64,000 bases of DNA from Candidatus Bathyarchaeota archaeon (GCA_963826715.1 CAWGYA010000008.1:192001-256000); one strand, 5' to 3'; shown: positions 37,165-47,283, counted from the stretch's first letter. Translations and numbers: made by a program. The notes: generated by a model not told the origin, from the sequence alone.

Positions 37165-38229
37165 ATGACATCGAAAGATGAGAAAATCACTATGCTGCAT
37201 GGCGCAGGAGGCACAGTCATGCATGACCTCGTCAAAAACTATATAGTGAAAGCTTTCGGCGGCATCGGCAACGCAGAAGTGCCTCTTGAAGCCATGGATG
37301 ACGCCGCAGTTGTCGGCGACATAGTATTCAAAAGCGACTCCCATGCTGTAAAACCTATCTTTTTCCCAGGCGGTGACATAGGGCGCATTGCAATTTCTGG
37401 CACCGTCAACGACATCAGTTGTCTTGGGGCGCAGCCGTTTGCGTTGGCATGCGGCTTGGTTTTGGAGGAGGGACTGCTTCTATCAGATTTTGAGCAGATT
37501 TTAGCCAGTATGCGCCAAACCTGCATCGAAGCAGATGTAGGCATTGTGACAGGCGACACCAAAGTTGTCGAAAAAGGCGCATTGGGTGGCTGCGTCATGA
37601 ATGTTTCGGGTATTGGACGGCGTACAGCAGCACTAGATAACAACTTAGCAGTTGTACTCAAAACCCGCGAACTTAAAACACGCTGGACACTAGATTCTAA
37701 CTTAACAGTGGGGGACAAAGTAATTTTGCTCGGCACAATTGGCGACCATGGGTTGGCAGTACTCTCGGCGCAACAGGGCTTATCATTTGGCAGTGAAATC
37801 AAATCAGACGTCAAACCACTCAACTGCATGGTGCAACACCTGCTGGGTGAGGTGGGAGGAGTCGTTGCCATCAAAGACGCTACCCGTGGAGGACTTGCTG
37901 ATGCCCTCAACGAGTGGACCGAAAAATCGCATGTAGGCATTTTAGCGCACGAAGACAAAATCCCTATCCACGATGATGTGCGAGTTGCCTGCGAAATGCT
38001 GGGGTTGGATCCCTTGGAAATCGGCAATGAAGGCAAACTAATCATCGGTGTCATACCGGAAAAAGCTGAAGAGGCTCTATCGTTTTTGCGTCAGACGCCG
38101 GAGGGCAAAGATGCCCAAATAATTGGACAAGCAACCGCGGAGTTTCGGGGTGTGACAATGCAGACAATAGTTGGCGGCAAACGCATTGTGGCGCGTCCCA
38201 TCGGCGACCCCGTACCAAGAATCTGCTAA
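37165..38229 (+). CDS. hypE: Hydrogenase maturation carbamoyl dehydratase HypE
   Basis: HGAGG, FFPGGDIG, GDTKVV, DATRGG, NEGK, C-terminal PRIC. Confidence 0.97.
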   Translation: MTSKDEKITMLHGAGGTVMHDLVKNYIVKAFGGIGNAEVPLEAMDDAAVVGDIVFKSDSHAVKPIFFPGGDIGRIAISGTVNDISCLGAQPFALACGLVLEEGLLLSDFEQILASMRQTCIEADVGIVTGDTKVVEKGALGGCVMNVSGIGRRTAALDNNLAVVLKTRELKTRWTLDSNLTVGDKVILLGTIGDHGLAVLSAQQGLSFGSEIKSDVKPLNCMVQHLLGEVGGVVAIKDATRGGLADALNEWTEKSHVGILAHEDKIPIHDDVRVACEMLGLDPLEIGNEGKLIIGVIPEKAEEALSFLRQTPEGKDAQIIGQATAEFRGVTMQTIVGGKRIVARPIGDPVPRIC

Positions 38230-39314
38230 GCTTGGGCGGCAACGCTTTTTGCCCAGACTCGACAGGTACCTTCACTGCTGACCATGCAGGCGCCAACGGG
38301 TTTAGCTGGCTTACAGGCTTTGAGAAACATAGGACATTGATTGGGTTTGATTTTCCCAATTATTACAAGATGACATTCGCATCCAAGCAGAATATCCTTT
38401 CCTTCTTCTATCTTTACACCGTATTTCTTGCGTGCATCATATTGAATCAAGTTTTCACGGAGTTGCAAAGCAGAGTCGGGAAGTCTACCGATGCCTCGCC
38501 AGTTTCCCCCAGTGACTATGAAAGCTTTTTCTATCAATTTTTGTGCTTTTACGTTCCCCTCAGGCTTAACTACACGCGAATACTCGTTTTCCAACTTTGC
38601 ATCGGATTGGCTATACTGCCTTAGAAGCATATATAGCGACATAAGAACGTCGTTGGGCTCAAACCCCGCCACGACAGTAGGCATTTGGTAAACTCTAGGA
38701 AAAAGTTCATAGGGTTTTATACCAATAATTGCGCTCACATGCCCGGGCGCGATGAACCCATCAATTTCCAAGTCACCCACACCCAACAGTAGCTCCATAG
38801 CGGGTGGAATAAGACGATGTGAGATCAGAAAACTAAAGTTTTTAGGCAAATCTCCCAATACTTCCAGTGCAGTTATTGGGGCGGTGGTTTCAAAACCCAC
38901 AGCAGAGAAAACAAACTCTTTCTGAGGCTCAGCTCTAGCCATCTTCACCGCGTCTGAAAGAGCATATACTATTCGCACATCTGCACCTGAGGCTTTAGCG
39001 TCTAATAGAGAAGATTCACTACCAGGAACACGCAAGACATCGCCAAAGCATGTTATAACTTTTCCTTGTTTTGCGAGTTGCACGGCTTCGTCTATTTCGG
39101 CAGCGGGCATAATGCAAACAGGGCAACCTGGTCCTGCGATGACTTCAACATTTTTTGGAAGAAGACTCCGGAGACCAAAATGGGTTATTGTCCATTCATG
39201 AGTACCGCAGACATGGCAGAATTTTACGGTGCCCTTTTTGGGTGCGACATCACGAATTTTTTGGGCAATTTCCTTGGCAAGTTGGGGGTTTCTAAAGCCC
39301 AGAGTATCATTCAT
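38226..39314 (-). CDS. hypD: Hydrogenase maturation protein HypD
   Basis: CGTH, GPGCPVC, GFETT, PGHVS, CMVSSEGTC. Confidence 0.98.
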   Translation of the reverse strand: MNDTLGFRNPQLAKEIAQKIRDVAPKKGTVKFCHVCGTHEWTITHFGLRSLLPKNVEVIAGPGCPVCIMPAAEIDEAVQLAKQGKVITCFGDVLRVPGSESSLLDAKASGADVRIVYALSDAVKMARAEPQKEFVFSAVGFETTAPITALEVLGDLPKNFSFLISHRLIPPAMELLLGVGDLEIDGFIAPGHVSAIIGIKPYELFPRVYQMPTVVAGFEPNDVLMSLYMLLRQYSQSDAKLENEYSRVVKPEGNVKAQKLIEKAFIVTGGNWRGIGRLPDSALQLRENLIQYDARKKYGVKIEEGKDILLGCECHLVIIGKIKPNQCPMFLKACKPAKPVGACMVSSEGTCRVWAKSVAAQA

Positions 39315-39323
39315 ACCTCTCGC

Positions 39324-39551
39324 CTATTCTTGCCCTGCCTGCAGTAGAACATCGTTCCAGAGACTCAGGGTTTCCAAGGCCTCTTTTTCGTCGAGAAGCT
39401 GAATTGCATAACCTGCATGCACTAACACATAGTCACCGAGTTTGGCTTCAACCAACGACACATCAACCTCGCGCAGCACGCCCTGTCCAAAATCAACCTG
39501 GGCTTTTATGCCTTCAAGCGAAATGATTTTTGCGGGAATTGCTAAACACAT
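39324..39551 (-). CDS. hypC: Hydrogenase maturation chaperone HypC
   Basis: MCLAIP N-terminus, YVLVHAGYA. Confidence 0.97.
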   Translation of the reverse strand: MCLAIPAKIISLEGIKAQVDFGQGVLREVDVSLVEAKLGDYVLVHAGYAIQLLDEKEALETLSLWNDVLLQAGQE

Positions 39552-39601
39552 AAGCATCAGATAATCAAAAATGTGTGTTGGGACGATAAAAACAAATTGG
39601 T

Positions 39602-41884
39602 CTAAAAGTCTGAAAAAGATGCAGCAACTGCCTGACCAAATGAAATGCCACCGTCTCCAGCTGGAACCGCTTCATGTACAAAGAATCTCAACCCAGCGTT
39701 CTCAACGCTGACGCGGAGATGTTCAGTAAAGAGTTGGTTGCATGCAACACCTCCCGTGAAACCTACATTAACTACACCCTGTTGGGCAGCTTTTTGGAGC
39801 ACCAACTCAGCTAAGCCCTCCGCAAGGTAGCTGTGGGCGGAGTAAGCCAAATCTGAGACAGAAACCCGACCCAAATTATCGTATATCGCCTCCATCAGGG
39901 TGGTTGTGCTCAAAATATCACCGTTTATCCGGGGTTTTATGTGTAAAACATCCTTTCCCTGCAACGCTATAGATTCCAGTTTCATCGCGGGTTCACCCTC
40001 GTAGCTACGCATAAAACAGACGCCCAAAACCGCAGCAGCTGCATCCAACACCCGTCCACAACTTGTAGTTTCAATGGTGCCTCTGCCTGTTTTCAATTGA
40101 TTAGCAATGAGTTTGGCTTCAACTGCACCATGTGGTAGATGTAAACTATTCTCTAAAAGCCATGTCTCAGCATCTTCCCCTGCTTTATTAAGAATTCCAG
40201 CCGCCACTCGCATAGGGTATCTACTAGCCAAATCACCGCCCAAAAGTGGCTGAGCCTCAAGATGTGCCATACGCTTAAATTTAGTTGACCCCGAGGTACA
40301 ATGAAGTATTTCACCGCCCCATGCACCTCCATCAGAACCATAACCATAACCATCACAAGCAACAACCACCATATCTTCTAAACCATGTTCCGCCATAAGC
40401 CCCATCGCGTGAGCATGGTGATGCTGCACCTGCAAAATAGGTAGCCCCTTTGCATCAGCTATCTCATGGGCTAAGCGGGTTGTGTTAAATTTAGGGTGCA
40501 AATCACATGCAACCACCTCAGGATTGGTGTTAGTTAAGTGTTGTAGGTGAACTGTGGCTTCCTCGAGGAATGCTTGAGTTTCAATGTTTTCTACGTCACC
40601 TATGTGTTGGCTGATAAACGCTTTGTCGTCTATTAATATGGTTGAGGTGTTATTGAGTTCGCCTCCCAAACCTAAAGTGCAGCGCTTTGTGTTCATTTTA
40701 AGGCGGATCGGAACGGGGGAGTAACCACGACTTCTACGCAGAAAAATAGGGCGGGGACCGTGGAGACGCATGACGCTGTCATCGCAACGGTGGGCGATTT
40801 TGCGGTTGTGGAAAAGGAAGTAGTCAACAGTGTCACGCAGAATCTTAAGTGCATCCTCGTTGTCCTTCACTATGGGCATGTTTGCAGGATTTGCGCTGGT
40901 CATTACAAACGTTGTGTCAATAATCTCGTCGAAGAGCATATAATGAAGGGCGGTGTAGGGAAGCATTACACCGATATTGTGGAGGTGGGGAGCAACCAAT
41001 GGTGAGAGGTTATAATTCTCATTTTTGTTTATTAAGACTATCGGACGCTGAGGAGAAGCGAGGAGACCCTCTTCCTTTAGGCTGACTTCACCAAATCTCT
41101 GTACAGCGCCCAAGTTCTTAGCCATAATCGCAAATGGCTTCTCGCCGCGATGCTTAGAGTTTCTTAGCCTCATCAGAGGTTGCTCAAGTGTGGTCGATGC
41201 GGCTATGTGGAAGCCTCCATATCCTTTGATAGCAAGGATTTTGCCTTCCGAAAGCAGTTTCCCTGCTAGGCGAACGGGATCAGTTGTTTCAATAGGTTCG
41301 CCTAAATTGTTTGTCAAATAAGCTTTGGGGCCGCAGATTGGGCACGCCACCGTCTGTGCCTGAAATCGCCTATTGGTTGGGTCCTCGTATTCTTTTTTGC
41401 AGAAGCCACAAAGTGGGAATTCGATCATAGTAGTGTTTTTTCGGTCATAGGGCAGACGCTTGATTATGGTAAAGCGAGGTCCACAGTCGGTGCAGGTTAT
41501 GAAGAAGTAATTATTGCGGGGATTTTGGGAATCGCGAAGTTCTGCTAGACAGGAGTTGCAGATTGAGATGTCCGGGGGAATAATTGAACCACAAGTTTCG
41601 GCTTGGGTTGAACTCGGATAAATGGTAAATTTATCATATTGGTTGTTACCTGTGAGATATGTTCGGGTGACTCGGTCAATTTGTGCTAGGGGCGGCTTCT
41701 CAGCAGACAAGTTGGCTACAAATTTATCGATGTTTTTCTCTTCACCTTCTAGTAGCACCTCAACTCCAGCATCACCCCTGTTACGCACATAACCCATCAA
41801 GTTACTTTTGACAGCGGTTCGGTAAATGAAAGGTCTAAAACCTACGCCTTGCACGATACCTAAGATTAGGAGTTTAACCCGCAA
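39602..41884 (-). CDS. hypF: Carbamoyltransferase HypF
   Basis: GIVQGVGFRPF, zinc fingers, QHHHAH, GDGGISFGQ. Confidence 0.98.
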   Translation of the reverse strand: MRVKLLILGIVQGVGFRPFIYRTAVKSNLMGYVRNRGDAGVEVLLEGEEKNIDKFVANLSAEKPPLAQIDRVTRTYLTGNNQYDKFTIYPSSTQAETCGSIIPPDISICNSCLAELRDSQNPRNNYFFITCTDCGPRFTIIKRLPYDRKNTTMIEFPLCGFCKKEYEDPTNRRFQAQTVACPICGPKAYLTNNLGEPIETTDPVRLAGKLLSEGKILAIKGYGGFHIAASTTLEQPLMRLRNSKHRGEKPFAIMAKNLGAVQRFGEVSLKEEGLLASPQRPIVLINKNENYNLSPLVAPHLHNIGVMLPYTALHYMLFDEIIDTTFVMTSANPANMPIVKDNEDALKILRDTVDYFLFHNRKIAHRCDDSVMRLHGPRPIFLRRSRGYSPVPIRLKMNTKRCTLGLGGELNNTSTILIDDKAFISQHIGDVENIETQAFLEEATVHLQHLTNTNPEVVACDLHPKFNTTRLAHEIADAKGLPILQVQHHHAHAMGLMAEHGLEDMVVVACDGYGYGSDGGAWGGEILHCTSGSTKFKRMAHLEAQPLLGGDLASRYPMRVAAGILNKAGEDAETWLLENSLHLPHGAVEAKLIANQLKTGRGTIETTSCGRVLDAAAAVLGVCFMRSYEGEPAMKLESIALQGKDVLHIKPRINGDILSTTTLMEAIYDNLGRVSVSDLAYSAHSYLAEGLAELVLQKAAQQGVVNVGFTGGVACNQLFTEHLRVSVENAGLRFFVHEAVPAGDGGISFGQAVAASFSDF

Positions 41885-41989
41885 AATGGTAACCTACCTT
41901 CATTCAGAACAAACTTTTCTCTTATACATTTCCTATTTTTTCGGCAATCCTTAAAGCCACAGAGATTCATCAAGAAGGTTTGAGCGAGC

Positions 41990-42196
41990 ATGAAACCTTT
42001 AACGTTTGCTTTAGCATTCATTTTAACGGTATGCCTCATCTTATCAGGTGTTTTTTTCTATCCTGATGTGCTCGGCAAAGCGGCGACGCAAAACAATGAA
42101 ATTGTCTTTGGGCTATTTTTAGGACCTTTCTGTTTCTTTCTGGTTTTGGGGTGGTTTAGTGAAAAACTTGTGCTGAAGGTCTTCAGAAAAAAATAG
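41990..42196 (+). CDS. Small membrane hypothetical protein
   Basis: Two hydrophobic segments, ATG start with an upstream TATA-like sequence. Confidence 0.55.
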   Translation: MKPLTFALAFILTVCLILSGVFFYPDVLGKAATQNNEIVFGLFLGPFCFFLVLGWFSEKLVLKVFRKK

Positions 42197-42198
42197 CA

Positions 42199-43815
42199 CT
42201 ACCTGTTTTGAAGTTGTCGCCGAAGGACTTTTCCCGCTGCACTTATGGGGAGATCACTTCGAAATTCGATTTCACGGATTACCTTGTACGGAGCCACTTG
42301 AGTATTTACATAAGACATCAGCTCCTCTGCAGAAGCTGTTGCACCTTCTTTTAGCACCACAAACGCTTTGGGAACTTGACCTGATGCCAAATCGGGCTTG
42401 CCCACCACTGCACATAGCTTCACTGCACGGTGCTCGTAGATTACATCTTCTAGTTCTCTGGGATAGACACTGTAGTCTTTATGTTTGATAATGTCTTTTT
42501 TGCGGTCCACAATGTAGAAAAAGCCGTCACTGTCAATACGAGCTATGTCCCCAGTTAAAAGCCAACCATCATGGAGAACCGCTGCAGTTTCGTCGGGACG
42601 ACGCCAGTAACCCATCATAACCTGCGGTCCCTTCACTATCAATTCACCTACGTCTCCGATGGAAAGCACCGGTGAACGCGTTTTCAAATCCACGATTTTG
42701 GCGTATGTATCTGGCAAAGGCAGCCCTATCGAACCCACCTTCAAGGGTAGCGTCTTGTCCACTGGATTGCAATGTGTAACTGGTGACGCCTCAGTTAACC
42801 CATAGCCTTCCGCCAAAAACCCCCCCGTGACATCCATGAAGCGCTTTTGTACTTGCGCCGGCAAAGATGAGGCTCCCGAGATACAAACACGAATCGATGA
42901 CAAATCGTAGCTTGCAAGTTCGGGTTGGTCTAGGAGCATCTGATACATAGTGGGAACGCCACAAAAAACTGTTACTTCATACTCAGTTATGGCATGAAGG
43001 GCTTTAGCTGGCTCGAATTTAGGCAGCAGCACTATTGTGGCTCCCACACTAATGGGTACTGAAAGACTTGTGGTCATACCATAAATGTGGAATAACGGAA
43101 GGGCAGTCAGAAAGGTATCGTTGCTTTTTGCTTGAATAAAATTCGCGAAAGCCATCGCGTTGGAGACCAGGTTATGATGGGTTAGCATTGCTCCTTTCGC
43201 CGTTCCCGTGGTTCCGCCTGTGTACTGAAGCGCCGCTAAATCAATGAGTGGATCAATGGGTATGGTAAGTTTGGAAGGGGAAGCCGCTTTCAGAAGTTGT
43301 TGGAAAGATAAAGTCTCTGAGATGCATGAGGGAGATGCCTTTTTAGCGCTGAACTCGTCGAGTCCAGTCACTATGACATGTTTGAGGTAAATTTTCTCCC
43401 TTGCCATCTTAACTATGGGATATAGGCTGTCAAGGGCCACTATGGTTTTTGCGCCCGAATCAGCCAGTTGAAATGCGACTTCACGTTCGCGGTGCAGGGG
43501 GCTTATAGAAGTAACAGTGGCATTTGCTTTTAGGGTCCCGAAGTAAGCGATTATAAATTGTGGGATGTTGGGCAAATAAAGAGCTATGCAGTCTCCTTTG
43601 CCTATTCCTAATGCATGAAGGGCGTTCGCAAATCGATTACACAACATATCCAATTCCGAATAAAATAATGTGCGCCCCCCAAAAATCACCGCCGCCTTCT
43701 CACTAAAACTCTGAGCTGACTCCTCAAGCACTCCTTGAAGTGAAATCGGTGGATAAACAATATGCTGAGGTACCCGAAGAGACCACGAGTTAACCTTAGG
43801 TAAATGTTGTTGCAT
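42199..43815 (-). CDS. Long-chain fatty acid-CoA ligase (ANL superfamily)
   Basis: YTGGTTGTAKG, EGYGLTE, TGD, GKVLRR. Confidence 0.93.
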   Translation of the reverse strand: MQQHLPKVNSWSLRVPQHIVYPPISLQGVLEESAQSFSEKAAVIFGGRTLFYSELDMLCNRFANALHALGIGKGDCIALYLPNIPQFIIAYFGTLKANATVTSISPLHREREVAFQLADSGAKTIVALDSLYPIVKMAREKIYLKHVIVTGLDEFSAKKASPSCISETLSFQQLLKAASPSKLTIPIDPLIDLAALQYTGGTTGTAKGAMLTHHNLVSNAMAFANFIQAKSNDTFLTALPLFHIYGMTTSLSVPISVGATIVLLPKFEPAKALHAITEYEVTVFCGVPTMYQMLLDQPELASYDLSSIRVCISGASSLPAQVQKRFMDVTGGFLAEGYGLTEASPVTHCNPVDKTLPLKVGSIGLPLPDTYAKIVDLKTRSPVLSIGDVGELIVKGPQVMMGYWRRPDETAAVLHDGWLLTGDIARIDSDGFFYIVDRKKDIIKHKDYSVYPRELEDVIYEHRAVKLCAVVGKPDLASGQVPKAFVVLKEGATASAEELMSYVNTQVAPYKVIREIEFRSDLPISAAGKVLRRQLQNR

Positions 43816-43860
43816 CAAAGCACGTCGCTTTCCAAGTAATAACATACAGGTAAAATAACT

Positions 43861-43968
43861 TGGTGCCGGGGGCGGGATTCGAGCCCGCGACTTCTGGCAC
43901 TGGGCGGTTGGCCCTACTTGTCTCCAGATTATGAGTCTGGCGCCCTAGCCAGGCTAGGCTACCCCGGC
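43861..43968 (-). tRNA. tRNA-Met(CAT), probably elongator, with a 30-nt intron at position 45/46 and encoded CCA
   Basis: Acceptor GCCGGGG/CCCCGGC, anticodon arm CCAGA-CTCATAA-TCTGG, T arm GCGGG-CTCGAAT-CCCGC; intron 43892-43921 with a BHB-like motif. Confidence 0.93.
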
Positions 43969-44014
43969 AAACCTCACCAAAACGGTGGCGTCGGAGTGTT
44001 TAGTCTGAATTCTT

Positions 44015-44030
44015 TGATTTAAACTTTTAA
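44015..44030 (-). promoter_or_regulatory. BRE/TATA of the tRNA gene
   Basis: Minus strand AAAAGTTTAAAT about 50 nt upstream of the mature 5' end. Confidence 0.5.
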
Positions 44031-44284
44031 AACTCTGTCGAAGTTTTCTCTTAGTTATAGCCACATAATAGTAATATCCTTAGAAAACTCGGGGGAAATC
44101 GTTGAAAGTCATATGCAAAATATTCAAAAGTTCTGTGCAAACGCCGTCCTTTGAATAAGTAGGGGGTCAAAAATGGAGGAATCAGGTGAACTAAACCTCA
44201 AACGCGTTCACCTACATATTGTTGCATAAAATCTAACAATAAATTTATTGGCTCGAAAAACCCAAATTACACTAAGGTGAAAGT

Positions 44285-44881
44285 GTGTCTTCAGAAGGCG
44301 AGGATTTTTCAGAATGGTTCAAAAAACGCCGCAGTTCATCCAAGGACCCCTTCTTCGGCGATATAGAAAATATGTTCCGTGAAATGGAGAAGATGATGGA
44401 TGAAGAACTCAAAGGGTTCACGAATAAGATCCCTAAGGAATACGTAAAGGAACGTCAGTTACCTGATGGCAGCACCATTAAGGAACTGGGTCCTTTTGTA
44501 TATGGTTACAGCATGAAGATAGGATCCGACGGCAAACCTGAAATCCAAAAATTCGGCAACATCAAAAAAGGACTCAAAGGAACTCCACAAGTCAAAGAGG
44601 AGCGGGAACCACTGGTGGATATTGTAGAAACAAATGGGGAAGTGCGTGTAGTGGTGGAACTTCCAGGTGTAGAGAAAACTGACATCAAGCTACATGGGAC
44701 AGAAGATTCTCTGGAAATATCGGTTGATACAGCCAACTACAAATACTACAAGGAAGTTGATTTAACCACAAAAGTTCGAATAATAGAAGCAAAATCCACC
44801 TACAAAAACGGCGTGTTAGAAGTTGTGTTGCCAAAAGCCGGATCCTCCAAAAACAAAGGAGTAGCCTTAGACATTGGCTAA
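44285..44881 (+). CDS. hsp20: Archaeal small heat-shock protein Hsp20
   Basis: GPFVYGYSMKIG.DGKP, EREPLVDI, YKNGVLEV. Confidence 0.95.
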   Translation: MSSEGEDFSEWFKKRRSSSKDPFFGDIENMFREMEKMMDEELKGFTNKIPKEYVKERQLPDGSTIKELGPFVYGYSMKIGSDGKPEIQKFGNIKKGLKGTPQVKEEREPLVDIVETNGEVRVVVELPGVEKTDIKLHGTEDSLEISVDTANYKYYKEVDLTTKVRIIEAKSTYKNGVLEVVLPKAGSSKNKGVALDIG

Positions 44882-44905
44882 CTCATAATCTTCTTCAGTA
44901 GTGTA

Positions 44906-45319
44906 ATGATGACGGAATCCTCAGAAATAGACACCCTAAATGCAGTCTGCAGAGATGCTAAAGTAGCGGGCAAACTGTCAGGAGACAATCTAACGCAACT
45001 CTATGAGTTATTTGGTTCACGCTTCACCAAAGCGCTTGACGCAGTGAAAGAAGGCAGAGTAAAAAAATACGTTTTTAAGCCTTCGGGAAGGGTTATTTGG
45101 ATTGTTCTGGGTAGAGAACGCGATTATCTTATTATGCCCAATGCAGAGTTCTGTCCATGCGATGATTTTTACTTCAGGGTACTTGACAGGAAAGTGCATA
45201 TGTGTTATCACTTGCTTACTCAGAAAATAGCTCAGAATCTGGGTTGGTTTGAACTTTTTGAGGAAAAAGACGATTGTTATGAAATGCTGATGAATGAGTG
45301 GAAAAAAGCTACTCCTTAA
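44906..45319 (+). CDS. SWIM zinc-finger protein
   Basis: FCPCDDFYF.......CYH. Confidence 0.85.
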   Translation: MMTESSEIDTLNAVCRDAKVAGKLSGDNLTQLYELFGSRFTKALDAVKEGRVKKYVFKPSGRVIWIVLGRERDYLIMPNAEFCPCDDFYFRVLDRKVHMCYHLLTQKIAQNLGWFELFEEKDDCYEMLMNEWKKATP

Positions 45320-45362
45320 ATATGAAGAGTTACAAGAATACGGATAATACAGAGGAACCTCG

Positions 45363-45488
45363 ATGGATATAGGCGCATACTTCATAACCCTGCAGTACGT
45401 CCTGATGGGCTCAACTTTCATTGCTTTAGCCTTAATTTTCCTGTACGCATATTATGGCAGAAGCGAAGAAGAAGAGAAAGACGAATAA
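45363..45488 (+). CDS. Putative 41-aa single-TM microprotein (not in ORF track)
   Basis: MDIGAYFITLQYVLMGSTFIALALIFLYAYYGRSEEEEKDE; AGAGGA upstream; fills the gap between two genes. Confidence 0.55.
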   Translation: MDIGAYFITLQYVLMGSTFIALALIFLYAYYGRSEEEEKDE

Positions 45489-45501
45489 GATCCTATAATT
45501 T

Positions 45502-45780
45502 CTAAATCCTCTTTACTTTTCGGTTGAATACCAAAAATAACACTAAACTAATTATCGTTAATACCACACTGATTGCAATTAACCAGCCAGAGTCCGAGCC
45601 CGAACCGAACACAATCGGTATGGGACCAATCAATATAACGCCACTCACGTTTCCTGAACTCCCAAAGGCAACCGATACCACAACGATAATAGCAATGCCA
45701 ATAACAACCAGGGTTATCCCCAAATAAAGCAACATCAACAATCTGCTTGAAACCACAAACTCCTTATTTACACCAATCAC
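45502..45780 (-). CDS. DUF131 (TIGR00304-like) membrane protein
   Basis: GVILIGPIPIVFGS; true start probably somewhat downstream. Confidence 0.85.
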   Translation of the reverse strand: MIGVNKEFVVSSRLLMLLYLGITLVVIGIAIIVVVSVAFGSSGNVSGVILIGPIPIVFGSGSDSGWLIAISVVLTIISLVLFLVFNRKVKRI

Positions 45781-45789
45781 CGCCTACAT

Positions 45790-46083
45790 CTATCTCCAGA
45801 ACCAATAATGCATCAAAAAGAAAGTTATAACAACTATCGTTAGAGCTAATGCGAGCACCAAAACCGTTTTAGTCAATTTCTTGTCTGAGCCAAAGATAAT
45901 AGGAATGGGTCCTATCATAATTACGCCTGCACTATGCACACTTTTTTTCTCATCACGCGTAATTATTGAAGCCACAGCGATAACGATAACTATAATACCG
46001 ACTATAACCAGCGCGATTCCGAGCGTGTAAAAAACCGTTAAATCAGCCATTTGATGCGTCCAAGATAGATTGGAACTACCCAT
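45790..46083 (-). CDS. DUF131 (TIGR00304-like) membrane protein
   Basis: GVIMIGPIPIIFGSD. Confidence 0.88.
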   Translation of the reverse strand: MGSSNLSWTHQMADLTVFYTLGIALVIVGIIVIVIAVASIITRDEKKSVHSAGVIMIGPIPIIFGSDKKLTKTVLVLALALTIVVITFFLMHYWFWR

Positions 46084-46159
46084 TTAATAAATATGGCCAG
46101 AAGGGACAGTCAAGGATAAAAATTAAAAGCGCTGGTATGCATAATCGTGTCGTCGCAAA

Positions 46160-46999
46160 TTGTCAATCCAAGATATTATCGAACAGATTCAAGCCAAGAA
46201 CCCCCATTTCACAGCTGCTCAAATTTTTGAGCAGTTAGCTGATGAACGGGATAAATCTGGCGGGTTATTAAGTGATGAGACATTGATGCGATTAATTGCC
46301 GCCAAATCTGGGGTTTCGGTGAAGCAGAATCTCTTCAACACCAGCAGCGTCCTCTTAACAAATCGACTATTTGCTGGGCTCTATGATGCTACTGTTGCTG
46401 GGCGATTGCTGGCTGTTTTTCGAGTTAAAACCTTTCAAGGGCTGGAAAAAACAGGCAAATTCGCCAAGTTGTTGCTTGGCGATGAATCTGGGCTTTTGCA
46501 TGTTATTCTCTGGAACGAGAAGGCGGAGCTGGTGGAACGAGGCGAGTTGAAGGCTGGGCAGACCGTACAACTGCTACATTGCTACACACGGGAAGATCGG
46601 TACGGTAAAGTGGAGCTGCACCTTGGCAGCAAAAGCCAAATCGAAATCCAAAATGACTCAGAAGCTGATAGTTATCCCTCCATCGAGAAATTCACTACAA
46701 AAATCAACAGCATCACAGCCAGTTCGGGCAACATACACCTATTGGGCACTGTAAAGGCGGTTCTTGGCAAAAGCAGCTTTCATAGAAACGACAATAACGA
46801 TGGAGTTGTACTGCGATTATCGTTTAGAGACGACTCAGGCGAGGTAATGGTTGTCGTCTGGAACGAGAAGGTTGAAGAAATCGAGAAAACTCTCAGAGAC
46901 AGCCCAAGGCTGCTTTTGGTTAATGCTCGCGTGAAGGAAGCAAAAAGCGGACTAATCGAAGTGCATGTAGACTCCACCACTGCAATTCAAACCCAGTAG
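46160..46999 (+). CDS. Replication protein A / ssDNA-binding OB-fold protein
   Basis: N-terminal GLLSDE helical domain plus two OB folds (GDESG....ILWN, RDDSG....VVWN). Confidence 0.88.
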   Translation: MSIQDIIEQIQAKNPHFTAAQIFEQLADERDKSGGLLSDETLMRLIAAKSGVSVKQNLFNTSSVLLTNRLFAGLYDATVAGRLLAVFRVKTFQGLEKTGKFAKLLLGDESGLLHVILWNEKAELVERGELKAGQTVQLLHCYTREDRYGKVELHLGSKSQIEIQNDSEADSYPSIEKFTTKINSITASSGNIHLLGTVKAVLGKSSFHRNDNNDGVVLRLSFRDDSGEVMVVVWNEKVEEIEKTLRDSPRLLLVNARVKEAKSGLIEVHVDSTTAIQTQ

Positions 47000-47283
47000 C
47001 AAAAAAGAAGGCTATATTTATTTGATTCAGTTTTTTGTCGAGACCATCCCTGTAGTCTAGCATCTACAACAATTTGCTGCGATAGAGTTGACACAGTTAA
47101 TTGTAATTTTCTGACCGGAAGAAGACGGGAACATATCAGAAGAGAAGAAATATTTGCGCCTACCTGGGAGCTTCAATGACTTTCCTTTGACGCTATGTTT
47201 TTGGGATAGCTTTATGTTTAGAGTTATAGGCATGAAACCAGCCCCCAAAGTTATTAAATATAATATGTTCTTACTTTTTTCAA

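Noticed and set aside
37239-38054. 271-aa antisense ORF inside hypE (and similar shadows at 60716-61366, 50801-51340, 56417-56935, 28621-29103)
   Set aside because: They lie opposite well-conserved genes, have no family motifs and are explained by codon bias
43861-43968. Long-variable-arm tRNA, canonical 37/38 intron, or tRNA-Ile2/initiator
   Set aside because: The anticodon arm is complete before the insert, the insert fits BHB geometry, and the GCCGGGG acceptor stem fits elongator Met better (Ile2 not fully excluded)
47057-47248. 63-aa minus-strand ORF
   Set aside because: No motif or RBS; likely a chance ORF in an intergenic gap
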